DNA from: Chrysomallon squamiferum
Lineage: Eukaryota; Animalia; Mollusca
NCBI GenBank assembly: GCA_012295275.1
Contig: CM022671.1
Span: 10,788,001 to 10,852,000 of the forward strand
Length of the DNA stretch: 64,000 bases
Direction: 5' to 3'
Shown: positions 41,934 to 53,130 of the stretch, piece after piece
How the letters are laid out: every line of letters begins with the position of its first letter
Position numbering within the stretch: the stretch's first letter is position 1
Translations under genes and position numbers: made by a program
Notes under the pieces: generated by a model
Told to the model about the DNA's origin: nothing
The model's input: only the letters and a program-made list of their open reading frames with translations
Databases searched by the model: none

Positions 41934-44235
41934 AAATAACAAGTAGGATGTATATATAATGTGTTTAGACTCTATGTTCTGGTTTATTTATGGTGATATT
42001 AATAATAAAATGTTTGAATACAGAAAACATAAAAGAACTTGGAGTATATTTCTACAGTTTTTGCCAGAAATCATATCATGTGAGCCACAGTATTTTCATT
42101 GTAAGTGGTATCACTACTCAAGAACTGTATATATATTCATCATTTCTAACATTCCAACATTCGTTTTATTAATTAAAACTATCATCCAAAAATATCTTTG
42201 TCAGTATATTTCAGTACAAACAGCCTTATGCAATGTGTTGTATAGAAAGCATGTGCAACAGATCAAATATGAATATGTTTGATATTAAAGTAGATACCAT
42301 AACACTAAGATATCGTATACAGCATAAAATTGTTCAAATATGGATATAGCTGATACTGGACTAAATAATAAGTCACTGAAGTTTATTAATGAAAGTGTTG
42401 TACAGAGATTATATAATTTAGATTGTATATTGATCTGCTTAATAATGGAGTACATTCCAGAATGATAGACTAGACATCTCATATCAAGTCTAGCTATTAT
42501 ATTCATAGCACATAAATAGATAACATAATATTATGAGTAGGGCATCTTATTCTATGCCTGTATACAGAAAACATAAAAGAACTATGAGTATGCTCCTACA
42601 GTGCTTCCCATAAATCATGGTATGACTATTCCTGAATTCTGTCCATTCACCACATCTAATATCTGGCTCTGAAACAGGAGTACTTTCCACACTGAAATAT
42701 GTTTCAGGTTCAGCCAAAACAGTAAATTAATGTATTGAATTTGGAGCTAAATTCTCGGAAAAATTTGAAATTTATATATACATTCAGTTAGGTATAATTT
42801 ATGAATAACTATAGCTACTACTGATTATGAATTTGAATCTGCATTTTTTTATTTTTTTTTATTTTTTTTTTTATTTTTATACTGATAAACAACTGTAATA
42901 ACATACATTTGACATCAACTATCAAGCCCATTAAATTTGGCTGAGTATAATGGTTAGATTACTAGAAATACTAATGACTCTATTAGTAATTAGAATGAGT
43001 ATTAGAATCTTTGTTTACTGATAAGCAACTTTGTTATAACATGTATTTGACTGTAACTATCTTGCCATCTGTTTTATTAATTGTAAACATAGCATCAATA
43101 AAAATATTTTAACAGTAGTGTATACTGGAGTATATACAGTATCACTGAAGTTTCTTTCTTGGTGAACTGAACAGAGAGAATATACAACAACAAATTGAGT
43201 ATGAATTTACCTAACACTGGAGCAGACACACTATCACTGAATATTAATTGCTGAATGTATTGCACAAAGACAGTATACAGCAGATCCAGTATGTATATAC
43301 TTGGGTTAATTTAATGTATAGAGAGAATATACCACAAATGATATGAATATACTCAATATTAAAATATTTATCATATAATTGAGCTGTCTTACTCAGTGTT
43401 TTGCACAGGAAATCTTACTCAGTGTGTCATATTGAGAGAATATACAACAAATCAGATATGAATTTACTTAATATTGAATTAGATACTATATACTGAAATA
43501 ATTTACTCTGTGTAAATTCTGCAGGAGATACTATGCCACTGAGCTTTACTACTAATAGGTTGCACTGAAAAAATATACAACTTTGAAAATGAATATACCT
43601 AATACTGATGTAGATAGAATTTCAGTGAGGTGCATTTTTATTATTTTTTTTTTCTTAGTGTTTTCTGAGAGTTAATATCCAACAGACTGAGTTTGACTAA
43701 ATTTAATATGGAGAAGATATCCTATCATATAGGTTTCTTACTCAGTCTGCTGTAGAGAAAAGAATATGCAACAGACTGAGTATGAATTTACTTAATACCA
43801 GAATAGACACTATATCATTCAGGTTCCTTACTCAGTATTTTGTACACTGAGAATATACTGTTGTAGAATTGTGTTACAGCAGTGTAATAATATGCATTTA
43901 ACATCAACTACGATTGTAAACAAAAAATATCTTAGTGTGCATACTGGAGGTAGATACTAAATTGCTTTCTCAATGTGCTGCACTGAGAATTTACTCAAAC
44001 TGACTGAGTATAAATATTGAAATAAATATCATATCTTACTTCATGTTTTGCATATAGAAATATATAGAGTATGAATTTGCTTGATATTGAAATAGCTATA
44101 TGTAGATGAATAACTGAACATACATGCATACATATACGAACTTAAATATATTTGTCAGATATATATATATATATGAAAACAGTTTTCATTCATAAAAAAT
44201 AGTAATGATCTATAGCGAATACGAATTCTGTATAT
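41934..44235 (+). repeat. Recent local duplication, copy 1 (about 2.3 kb)
   Basis: Near identical to 48352-50683 (offset 6418 at the start); both give the same 107-aa and 60-aa ORF calls with only 1-2 residue differences. Confidence 0.97.
43100..44100. repeat. Ancient degenerate minisatellite, period about 85-90 bp
   Basis: Recurring GAGAATATACAAC...AGTATGAATTTAC(C/T)TAA...AGATAC...TTACTCAGTG motifs. Confidence 0.7.
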
Positions 44236-44589
44236 GAATCCACTGCAGTCAAAAGTGGTGTGTTGAGAAATAAAACAGTTAATTTCATTTAGTTTTAGTT
44301 TATGATTGCAGATTAAAAGAAATAACTGGGTACTGTCCTTAGATACCAGCTTTATCCTCATCAGGTTGAATAGCATGATGAAGATCAGCATAGCCTTGCT
44401 GGAGGATTCTCAAGCTGTTATAAAACTGATCCAAACACTAAACCTGAATTCAGAAAGAGCTACTAGTCTTCACAATTTCTGCATGATTTAAATAATAATA
44501 AAGAAAAAAAATAATGAAAAGTAAGGAATCAAATTACATTTATCAGATACAAAAGCAGTTGTCTGATAATATAGGAAGCCAGATAATTG

Positions 44590-45290
44590 ATTTGGTATGT
44601 GTACTAATGTTTTCATGAGATAGCCCAGAGGATTAGCATTTAAGTATTTATACTAGCTCTGCAATATATTTGAATATTTTCACTAGTTCTCCACTTTATT
44701 TTATTAAATTTCAGGCTGTGCTGTTTATTAAGACCATTTTTACAATGGACAGAATCACAAAGAACTGTTTCCAGATCAGACAGACTAGCTTTATTATACA
44801 GGTACAATTTGTGTCAGGAGGTGAACTTCATTTTCTAGTTATTTATTTTATTATTTTTATTTTTTATTTTTTCATGTTTTCTAGTTCCTGACATAATATA
44901 TGGTTAAAATATAAATAAACTATGAAATGTAAAGATAACAATTATATTTAACAGTTCTATTTAATAATTCTAAATTAAGTTGGTCTAACAATTTAGATAA
45001 CTAGTCTGATGTGTGTATTAATGTTTTCATGTGAATTCAGGATCTGAGATACCCGAGTAGTGAAGCATTAAAGCTCTGTATTTTATTTTAATGTTTCACT
45101 TGTCTCTATTCTGTTTTAACATATTTCAGGTGCAATACTGTCTGTGCTTTTTGTTAAGAAGTTCTTTTCAGAGTTCTTTGATAAGAGTTAGTGTTTAACT
45201 TTAAGCAGCCTGTTTATTGTAGACAGAATCACAAAAAAACATTTTTCCAAGATCAGATAAACTACAGTCAAACTTTATACAGGTAGCAGT
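44590..45290. repeat. Old two-copy tandem duplication
   Basis: TAATGTTTTCATG (about 44605 and 45019) and GACAGAATCACAAA...AGATCAGA...TTATACAGGTA (about 44748 and 45221) each occur twice. Confidence 0.7.
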
Positions 45291-46429
45291 CCATTTATCC
45301 AGCAGTTTTAATAACATAAAACCCAATTCAGCTTTCATCTACACTGGTTCATAATTCAGTAGACAATAATTTCTATTAGTTATAAATTATATTATTTTAG
45401 GCTGCACATACATGATCTAAAATATTTGATTAATGATTGCAAATATCATTAAATCAAACAGGAATTATATTTTAGATTTACTGAGCTATGCAGGTAATGT
45501 TTATCAGTGTCCAGATACATGTAGTATATCTATACAGACATGCTTTATAAAATGGAATGTTGTTTACAGTTTGTAAGGCTATTACAGTATTTCTCTACAT
45601 ACCGAATTATCAGTTTGCTTATTATGTTGCTTCCTCCACACTTTGCTTTAGTTAAACTCACTCATACAGTACAAAAACCAACAAAAACAGGTATCTCTAT
45701 TAAAAAAAGATAAAAATAAATAATAATTTTAGATGAACAATCCCATATTTATTTATTTGTAACAAAATATTTAAGTTAGAAGACATAGTTCAAAACAATT
45801 TAATTTGAATTTGAAAATATTTTTTGAAGATAATTACCATTTTTTATAATTATTGAAATAAAATAGTATATTACAGTTGCTTAGTAGTGTTCTATGCCTT
45901 TATGATTTTATTATTAATTAAGAATTATTTGAATAAGTATCAGTATTTCTAAAAGTGTGCTTGATTCACAGATCTGTGAATAAAGAAAGATAACATGAAT
46001 ATGCATCACTGTAAAACAAAGTTTTAATATTTGCTGTGAAACTTGTAGTTTTCAAAACTGTGCTTATTCTGTTTCCTTTATTTCTTTATCATTAGTTTTC
46101 TTTTTATTATTATTATTTAATTTCAAATTATATCCAGGGAATCAGTTTGTTATAACCTGTCCCACTCTACACCAAGATGAAGTTTATCATAAATACTTCA
46201 ACTGTATATATGGCCAAAGTAGCTGACTTTTTTCCCCCTCAATTTACTAGCTGAATATAATGTAAATGATTTTGCAGTACATTAAATAATTGAAATTAAT
46301 TAAGTTAATGCCATTTCCTATATTTTAGAGAAAGTTTCAAACAAATTATTTTTTTTTAATAAAACATTAATACATTTTATTATTAATGTCAAACATAAGG
46401 CTTTGCAAATAAATTCCTCTTGGTTGACA

Positions 46430-46465
<36 letters not shown>

Positions 46466-46879
46466 ATAGTTTGAAATTTGTTCATGTTAGGTTAGAGATG
46501 ACAACAAAAGTTCAAACTTACTGCAGCCAGACAAGCTTCTTACAACTAATTAACAGTAAATACTTATAGGAATTAATTTCTGTTGTTTTTAGTATTTATA
46601 TGTAATGTGGAAAAAAAAAAGGTGACACTTAAACAAACATGATGAGAGTGTTAAAATTAGTAATATTTTATTTTATTTTTATTATTATTCTTTTATTTTT
46701 TGTCATTTCTTATTTTTATTTTTATACTGTAGCATAGATTATACTAAATATAATAGGCAACACAGCAGATTAATAAATAAGTTAAAACAACATTATGTTT
46801 TCTTCTTCAGATTGCAATCAAACCGAATGGGCTTGAAACTGAAGAGAAAAAAATTATTTTGATAGATATCTTCAAGTGC

Positions 46880-47130
46880 AATTTCAAGATTGTTTACCAG
46901 GTTCTTGGAATTTGTCTCTTATGACAGTTGTACTGCTATTCGTGTGTTTTCCAGTTAGAAAATGTTTCTTCTGAAGGTTACCCTGCCGTTTAAAGTTATC
47001 GTTAAGTCTCAAGTTATTAGGTTCCACAGAAACTGGTGTAACAAAGAACATTTCAATGATGGATGTTAGTCCTGCTTGTGCTCTGAATTCAAGAAGTTAT
47101 TGAAAAAGAGTTCTATGGAAAATTAAATCT
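46880..47130 (+). mobile_element. Penelope-like element RT thumb fragment
   Basis: KVIVKSQVIRFHRNWCNKEHF resembles the Penelope-like motif GIVKSQLIRFHRIC...F; surrounding frame is broken. Confidence 0.5.
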
Positions 47131-47889
47131 GAAACCATCAGGGAATTAGAAAAACACTTGGATCCAATAAACATATTTAAGCCATATACAGTTCAACATA
47201 AAATTTCACCTCACTTGGATATCGGATCTACAGTTATCCACAAAAAGTCCAGATGCAGGCTTCACAACATAATAAAATCTGAGTCTACATTCAGTAGCGA
47301 ACAAACCAACATGAATACCAAATCAGAACCAGACTGATTCCAAAAATGTTGTGTATTTGATAATAGGCAACTTATGCAAACCAAATAAATAAATAAATAA
47401 GTAAATAAAAAAAATGTGACGGCAAAACATAAAATTTGTTACGAGTTAGAAGTGTTTGTCACAAATACGATATTACGCACGAAGTTGACATACTTGTGGC
47501 CAAACATTTTAATCTACATGGCGATAAACTGGAAGATCATTTTGAAATAATCCCAATAGTGCAAACACCATTCTCGGTTCAAAACCCGAAACCGAACTTT
47601 TTAGACTTGAACTAGAAGCTGTTTGGATCAGCACAGAAACCATTTCGAATAAATCTTGAATCGGGCAAATGTAAAGAGAGAGATAAAATAATGTTCCCAA
47701 TAATTTAGAATGGCCGAAACGTTGACATTGGTAAAATCATGAAGAAACAATATTTTAACTTACAGACTACTATGAAAAATCCAATAACAGCACATCCCAT
47801 CACAGCTTATAGGAAAACTATAATTAACAGATAAGGCTAAAAAATCAACACCCACTAATGATAACCATCAAAATAAAAACCTAATAAAC

Positions 47890-48351
47890 CTATTTATCGA
47901 GTTCCGAGTATTCTAACTTATGATTTGTGAACCGAGTTATGAGCGAGCTTCAGATTCACCGCCGCAACGAACAACACACGTCCACCCAGCTTCCCGAGTC
48001 TTTCTCGTTAGCTTCACATGGTTACCTCGCCGTGAATGAATCTCTGTTGTGCTGTGTTAGCGTTTTGTGCAGTATTTTGCTAAATTTCCATGGATCCTAA
48101 GGACAGTGCTGAGAAGAAGATTTAATGATGTCCATTGAATTAAAGCATGAAATCACTGAATTAATTTGAGCGTGGTGTGCGTGCAGTCAACATAGCAAGG
48201 CAGTACGAGCGTAGCACTTTTACGATATGTACCATTCTGAACCATACAATAAAGCTGTAACTCCAGCCAAAGGCGTTAAAATAATTTCTAAGCTGCGGGC
48301 CTCAGTCCATGAAAAGATTGAGAAACACTAATCCTGTACACTTTACGAAAC
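47890..48351 (+). mobile_element. Tigger/pogo DNA transposon, 5' part with transposase N-terminus (psq-type HTH)
   Basis: ATG at 48090: MDPKDSAEKK..MMSIELKHEITE..ERGVRAVNIARQYERSTFTICTILN..IKAVTPAKGVKIISKLRASVHEKIEK, frameshifted; locally CpG-rich; 5' TIR not found. Confidence 0.88.
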
Positions 48352-50683
48352 AAATAACAAGTAGGATGTATATGTAATGTGTTTAGACTCTATGTTCTGG
48401 TTTATTTATGGTGATATTAATAATAAAATGTTTGAATACAGAAAACATAAAAGAACTTGGAGTATATTTCTACAGTTATTGCCAGAAATCATATCATGTG
48501 AGCCACAGTATTTTCATTGTAAGTGGTATCACTACTCAAGAACTGTATATATATTCATCATTTCTAACATTCCAACATTCGTTTTATTAATTAAAACTAT
48601 CATCCAAAAATATCTTTGTCAGTATATTTCAGTGCAAACAACCTTATGCAATGTGCTGTATAGAAAGCATGTGCAACAGATCAAATATGAATATGTTTGA
48701 TATTAAAGTAGATACCATAACACTAAGATATCTTATACAGCATAAAATTGTTCAAATATGGATATAGCTGATACTGGACTAAATAATAAGTCACTGAAGT
48801 TTATTAATGAAAGTGTTGTACAGAGATTATATAATTTAGATTGTATATTGATCTGCTTAATAATGGAGTACATTCCAGAATGATAGACTAGACATCTCAT
48901 ATCAAGTCTAGCTATTCATAGGACATAAATAGATAACATAATATTATGAGTAGGGCATCTTATTCTATGCCTGTATACAGAAATCATAAAAGAACTACTA
49001 TGAGCATGCTCCTACAGTGCTTCCCAGAAATCATGGTATGACTATTCCTGAATTCTGTCCATTCACCACATCTAATATCTGGCTCTGAAACAGGAGTACT
49101 TTCCACACTGAAATATGTTTCAGGTTCAGCCAAAACAGTAAATTAATGTATTGAATTTGGAGCTAAATTCTCAGAAAAATTTGAAATTTATATATACATT
49201 CAGTTAGGTATAATTTATGAATAACTATAGCTACTACTGATTATGAATTTGAATCTGCATTTTTTAATTTTTTTTTTATTTTTTATTTTTTTTTTTTATA
49301 CTGATAAACAACTGTAATAACATACATTTGACATCAACTATCAAGCCCATTAAATTTGGCTGAGTATAATGGTTAGATTACTAGAAATACTAATGACTCT
49401 ATTAGTAATTAGAATGAGTATTAGAATCTTTGTTTACTGATAAGCAACTTTGTTATAACATGTATTTGACTGTAACTATCTTGCCATCTGTTTTATTAAT
49501 TGTAAACATAGCATCAATAAAAATATTTTAACAGTAGTGTATACTGGAGTATATACAGTATCACTGAAGTTTCTTTCTTGGTGAACTGAACAGAGAGAAT
49601 ATACAACAACAAATTGAGTATGAATTTACCTAACACTGGAGCAGACACACTATCACTGAATATTAATTGCTGAATGTATTGCACAAAGACAGTATACAGC
49701 AGATCCAGTATGTATATACTTGGTGTTGAAGTAGATACCATATCGTTGGGTTAATTTAATGTATAGAGAGAATATACCACAAATGATATGAATATACTCA
49801 ATATTAAAATATTTATCATATAATTGAGCTGTCTTACTCAGTGTTTTGCACAGGAAATCTTACTCAGTGTGTCATATTGAGAGAATATACAACAAATCAG
49901 ATATGAATTTACTTAATATTGAATTAGATACTATATACTGAAATAATTTACTCTGTGTAAATTCTGCAGGAGATACTATGCCACTGAGCTTTACTACTAA
50001 TAGGTTGCACTGAAAAAATATACAACTTTGAAAATGAATATACCTAATACTGATGTAGATAGAATTTCAGTGAGGTGCATTTTTATTTATTTATTTTTTT
50101 CTTAGTGTATTCTGAGAGTTAATATGCAACAGACTGAGTTAGACTAAATTTAATGGAGAAGATATCCTATCACATAGGTTTCTTACTCAGTCTGCTGTAG
50201 AGAAAAGAATATGCAACAGACTAAGTATGAATTTACTTAATACCAGAATAGACACTATATCATTCAGGTTCCTTACTCAGTATTTTGTACACTGAGAATA
50301 TACTGTTGTAGAATTGTGTTACAGCAGTGTAATAATATGCATTTAACATCAACTACGATTGTAAACAAAAAATATCTTAGCGTGCATACTGGAGGTAGAT
50401 ACTAAATTGCTTTCTCAGTGTGTTGCACTGAGAATTTACTCAAACTGACTGAGTATAAATATTGAAATAAATATCATATCTTACTTCATGTTTTGTATAT
50501 AGAAATATATATATGAATTTGCTTGATATTGGAATAGCTATATGTAGATGAATAACTGAACACACATGCATACATATACGAACTTAAATATATTTGTCAG
50601 ATATATATATATATATATATATGAAAACAGTTTTCATTCATAAAAAATAGTAATGATCTATAGCGAATACGAATTCTGTATAT
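48352..50683 (+). repeat. Recent local duplication, copy 2, sitting inside the Tigger element
   Basis: Matches 41934-44235; has an extra about 26 bp (TGTTGAAGTAGATACCATATCGTTGG near 49724) and a longer (AT)n. Confidence 0.97.
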
Positions 50684-50687
50684 TCTC

Positions 50688-51174
50688 AGGACAGTGCTGA
50701 GAAGAAGATTTAATGATGTCCATTGAATTAAAGCATGAAATCACTGAATTAATTTGAGCGTGGTGTGCGTGCAGTCAACATGGCAAGGCAGTACGAGCGT
50801 AGCACTTTTACGATATGTACCATTCTGAACCATACAATAAAGCTGTAACTCCAGCCAAAGGCGTTAAAATAATTTCTAAGCTGCGGGCCTCAGTCCATGA
50901 AAAGATTAGTGTTTCTCAATCCTGTACACTTTACAAAACCAAATTATTTCTTTGCATTCTCTTTTATTTTGTTTTTACAATATTTGTCATTTGTACATGC
51001 AACGGTCTTATTTCAAAACACGTTACAAAAAATTAGTGTGGTTTTCGGAGGGCTGGAACAGATTAATGGTATTTCAATTAATTTACTTTGGGAAAATTGA
51101 TTTGTTATGCGAGCAAATTTCAGTTAAGAGCTCGGTCACAGAACGAATTAAACTTGTAAGTGAAGTTACCACTG
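50688..51174 (+). mobile_element. Tigger/pogo element, duplicated 252-bp internal segment plus 3' end with TIR
   Basis: 50688-50939 repeats 48100-48351; ends ...GAAGTTACCACTG followed by TA, matching pogo CAGTGG TIR and TA target site. Confidence 0.88.
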
Positions 51175-52982
51175 TACATATATTTCCTACTTTTATATTT
51201 AATACAGGCACTGTTATAATATCTGAAATAACATTTATAATATTACTTAGAATAAATGTATTAACTATTTTATTACACAGTTTTAATGTATAATATATTA
51301 TTAATATTACTAAAACCATTTTAGTTACTTCATAATAGCATCAAAATCTATGGAGCGCGAACTGTTTTCTACCTTCTGCAAAAAACCATCATTTGATTTG
51401 GTGGTAATGATTATAAACAATTATGGCCTACTGTTAGGTCACCTGATCAAAATGCTGCCATTTGATTGGATATTTATTTTACTTCCATTTCAGGGCATTA
51501 AATGTTTATATATGTAGGAACGATTGCGCATTTTCCTACATTTTGATACATTTTTTGGAACAACAAGAATATACAGTGATACTCACACAGGCAGACAAAC
51601 ACACACCCACACACATACACACTGCATCCACTACAGTTGACTCCAGTGAGTTGAGAAATAAAAGAGTTAATTTGATTTACTTTTTGTCTCATTACAGAAT
51701 AAAGGAAATAACTGGTTACTGTCAAGATTCCAGCGTTATCCTGCTCAGGCTGAATAGCAGTTTAACATTGGCATAGCCTTGCTGGAAGATTCTAACCTTG
51801 GTCGGATAAAACTGATCACTTAATACATTAACTAGTTGTTCCTTATGAAACCTCCTCCCCCCATACGCCGAACAACCTCGCCCTATAATGATTATTTTTA
51901 TCTCTTTACTTCATAGTAGAGCACACGTCACTGAGACACATTTTACTTAGCATTTCGTTGAACGTCAGGTATATTATTTCTTGAGTTGAATATTTTTATT
52001 CGATCAGCTATGGGGGATTTGAACTCTAAACTGTCTTGAGGAATATTCCACAAACATGAGAAGAAAATCACCCCACTGTCCAGGTTAAGTTATTCCAGTG
52101 GATTTTCTACCACCATTCTCCCAGTGCGCATAAACACGTCTACTGGCTCAAGTCCAACACTGTAAGATTTATTCATTTATTTGTCATTTTCAACATCGTT
52201 GTAATTATTATCAGAACTATTACTACTACATGGTAAAAACGATGATAAAAAGAACAAAAGGAACATCAACAAAACCAATAACAAAAAGTGTTCCTAATAG
52301 AAGTATTATTAATATTATTAGTCATCATCATTATCATCATTAGTAGTAGTAGTATTTTTAATGAGTTTATATAATAAATGTTGTATTTCTTTTTCTTGTA
52401 TATTTTTTTAACTTTTATTTTTTATTATTATTTTTATTTATTTCTTTACTCTCTCTCTCTCTCTCTCTCCGCCTATAATTACTTCACCCAAAATCTTTTG
52501 TAAAACACCGTATCCAAGAGAAGAAGTGTTAGACTACATCTAACCTGCAATAGTTTTTAAATTCGATTGAACGGGTCTGTGCTCAAAATAGATGTTTACA
52601 GCAAGAACTTGGTGAGTGAACGCAGTTTTTGTTTTCATTTCAATTTTAATTTATTTATTTATTACTATTATTATTATTAAGGAATACTTTAAAAAAGATT
52701 ATTAATGTCACTGTACTACAACATTATTTCTGAATTTAAAGTTGTTTTCTTCCTTCTTTCCTTCTTTCTTTCTTTCTTTATTTATTTAATTGTTTCTTTT
52801 CATTCATTTTGGGGAAACAGCCACCATAACACAACAACACTCAGTATACACGAGAGTATGGTAACACTACAGTCTCTAATCGGTACAGGTAGGAAGACAA
52901 AACTACAACTACCAGTCAATACAGATACCAGGAAAACAACAGTGTACCAAAAGAGCACACATATACCAGTACAAACACACTG

Positions 52983-53130
52983 CAGGAACATGACAGCATG
53001 GCCGACAGTGAAAACAAACCACGGGAACATGACAGCATAGCCGACAGTGAAAACAAACCACAGGAACATGACAGCATGGCCGACAGTGAAAACAAACCAC
53101 AGGAACAAGGCAGCATAGCCGACAGTGAAA
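52983..53130 (+). repeat. Left monomeric flank of array 2 (about 3.8 copies of 39 bp)
   Basis: CAGGAACATGACAGCAT(G/A)GCCGACAGTGAAAACAAACCA repeated, then abrupt fusion into HOR monomer 3. Confidence 0.95.

Noticed and set aside
47440-47730. CpG-richer patch as possible foreign or bacterial DNA
   Set aside because: Short, no convincing ORF, lies among transposon fragments; more likely an unidentified repeat.
41959-48700. Duplicated 107-aa ORF (41959-42282 and 48377-48700) as a gene pair
   Set aside because: Similarity is explained by the recent DNA duplication; AT-rich composition and no recognisable domain.
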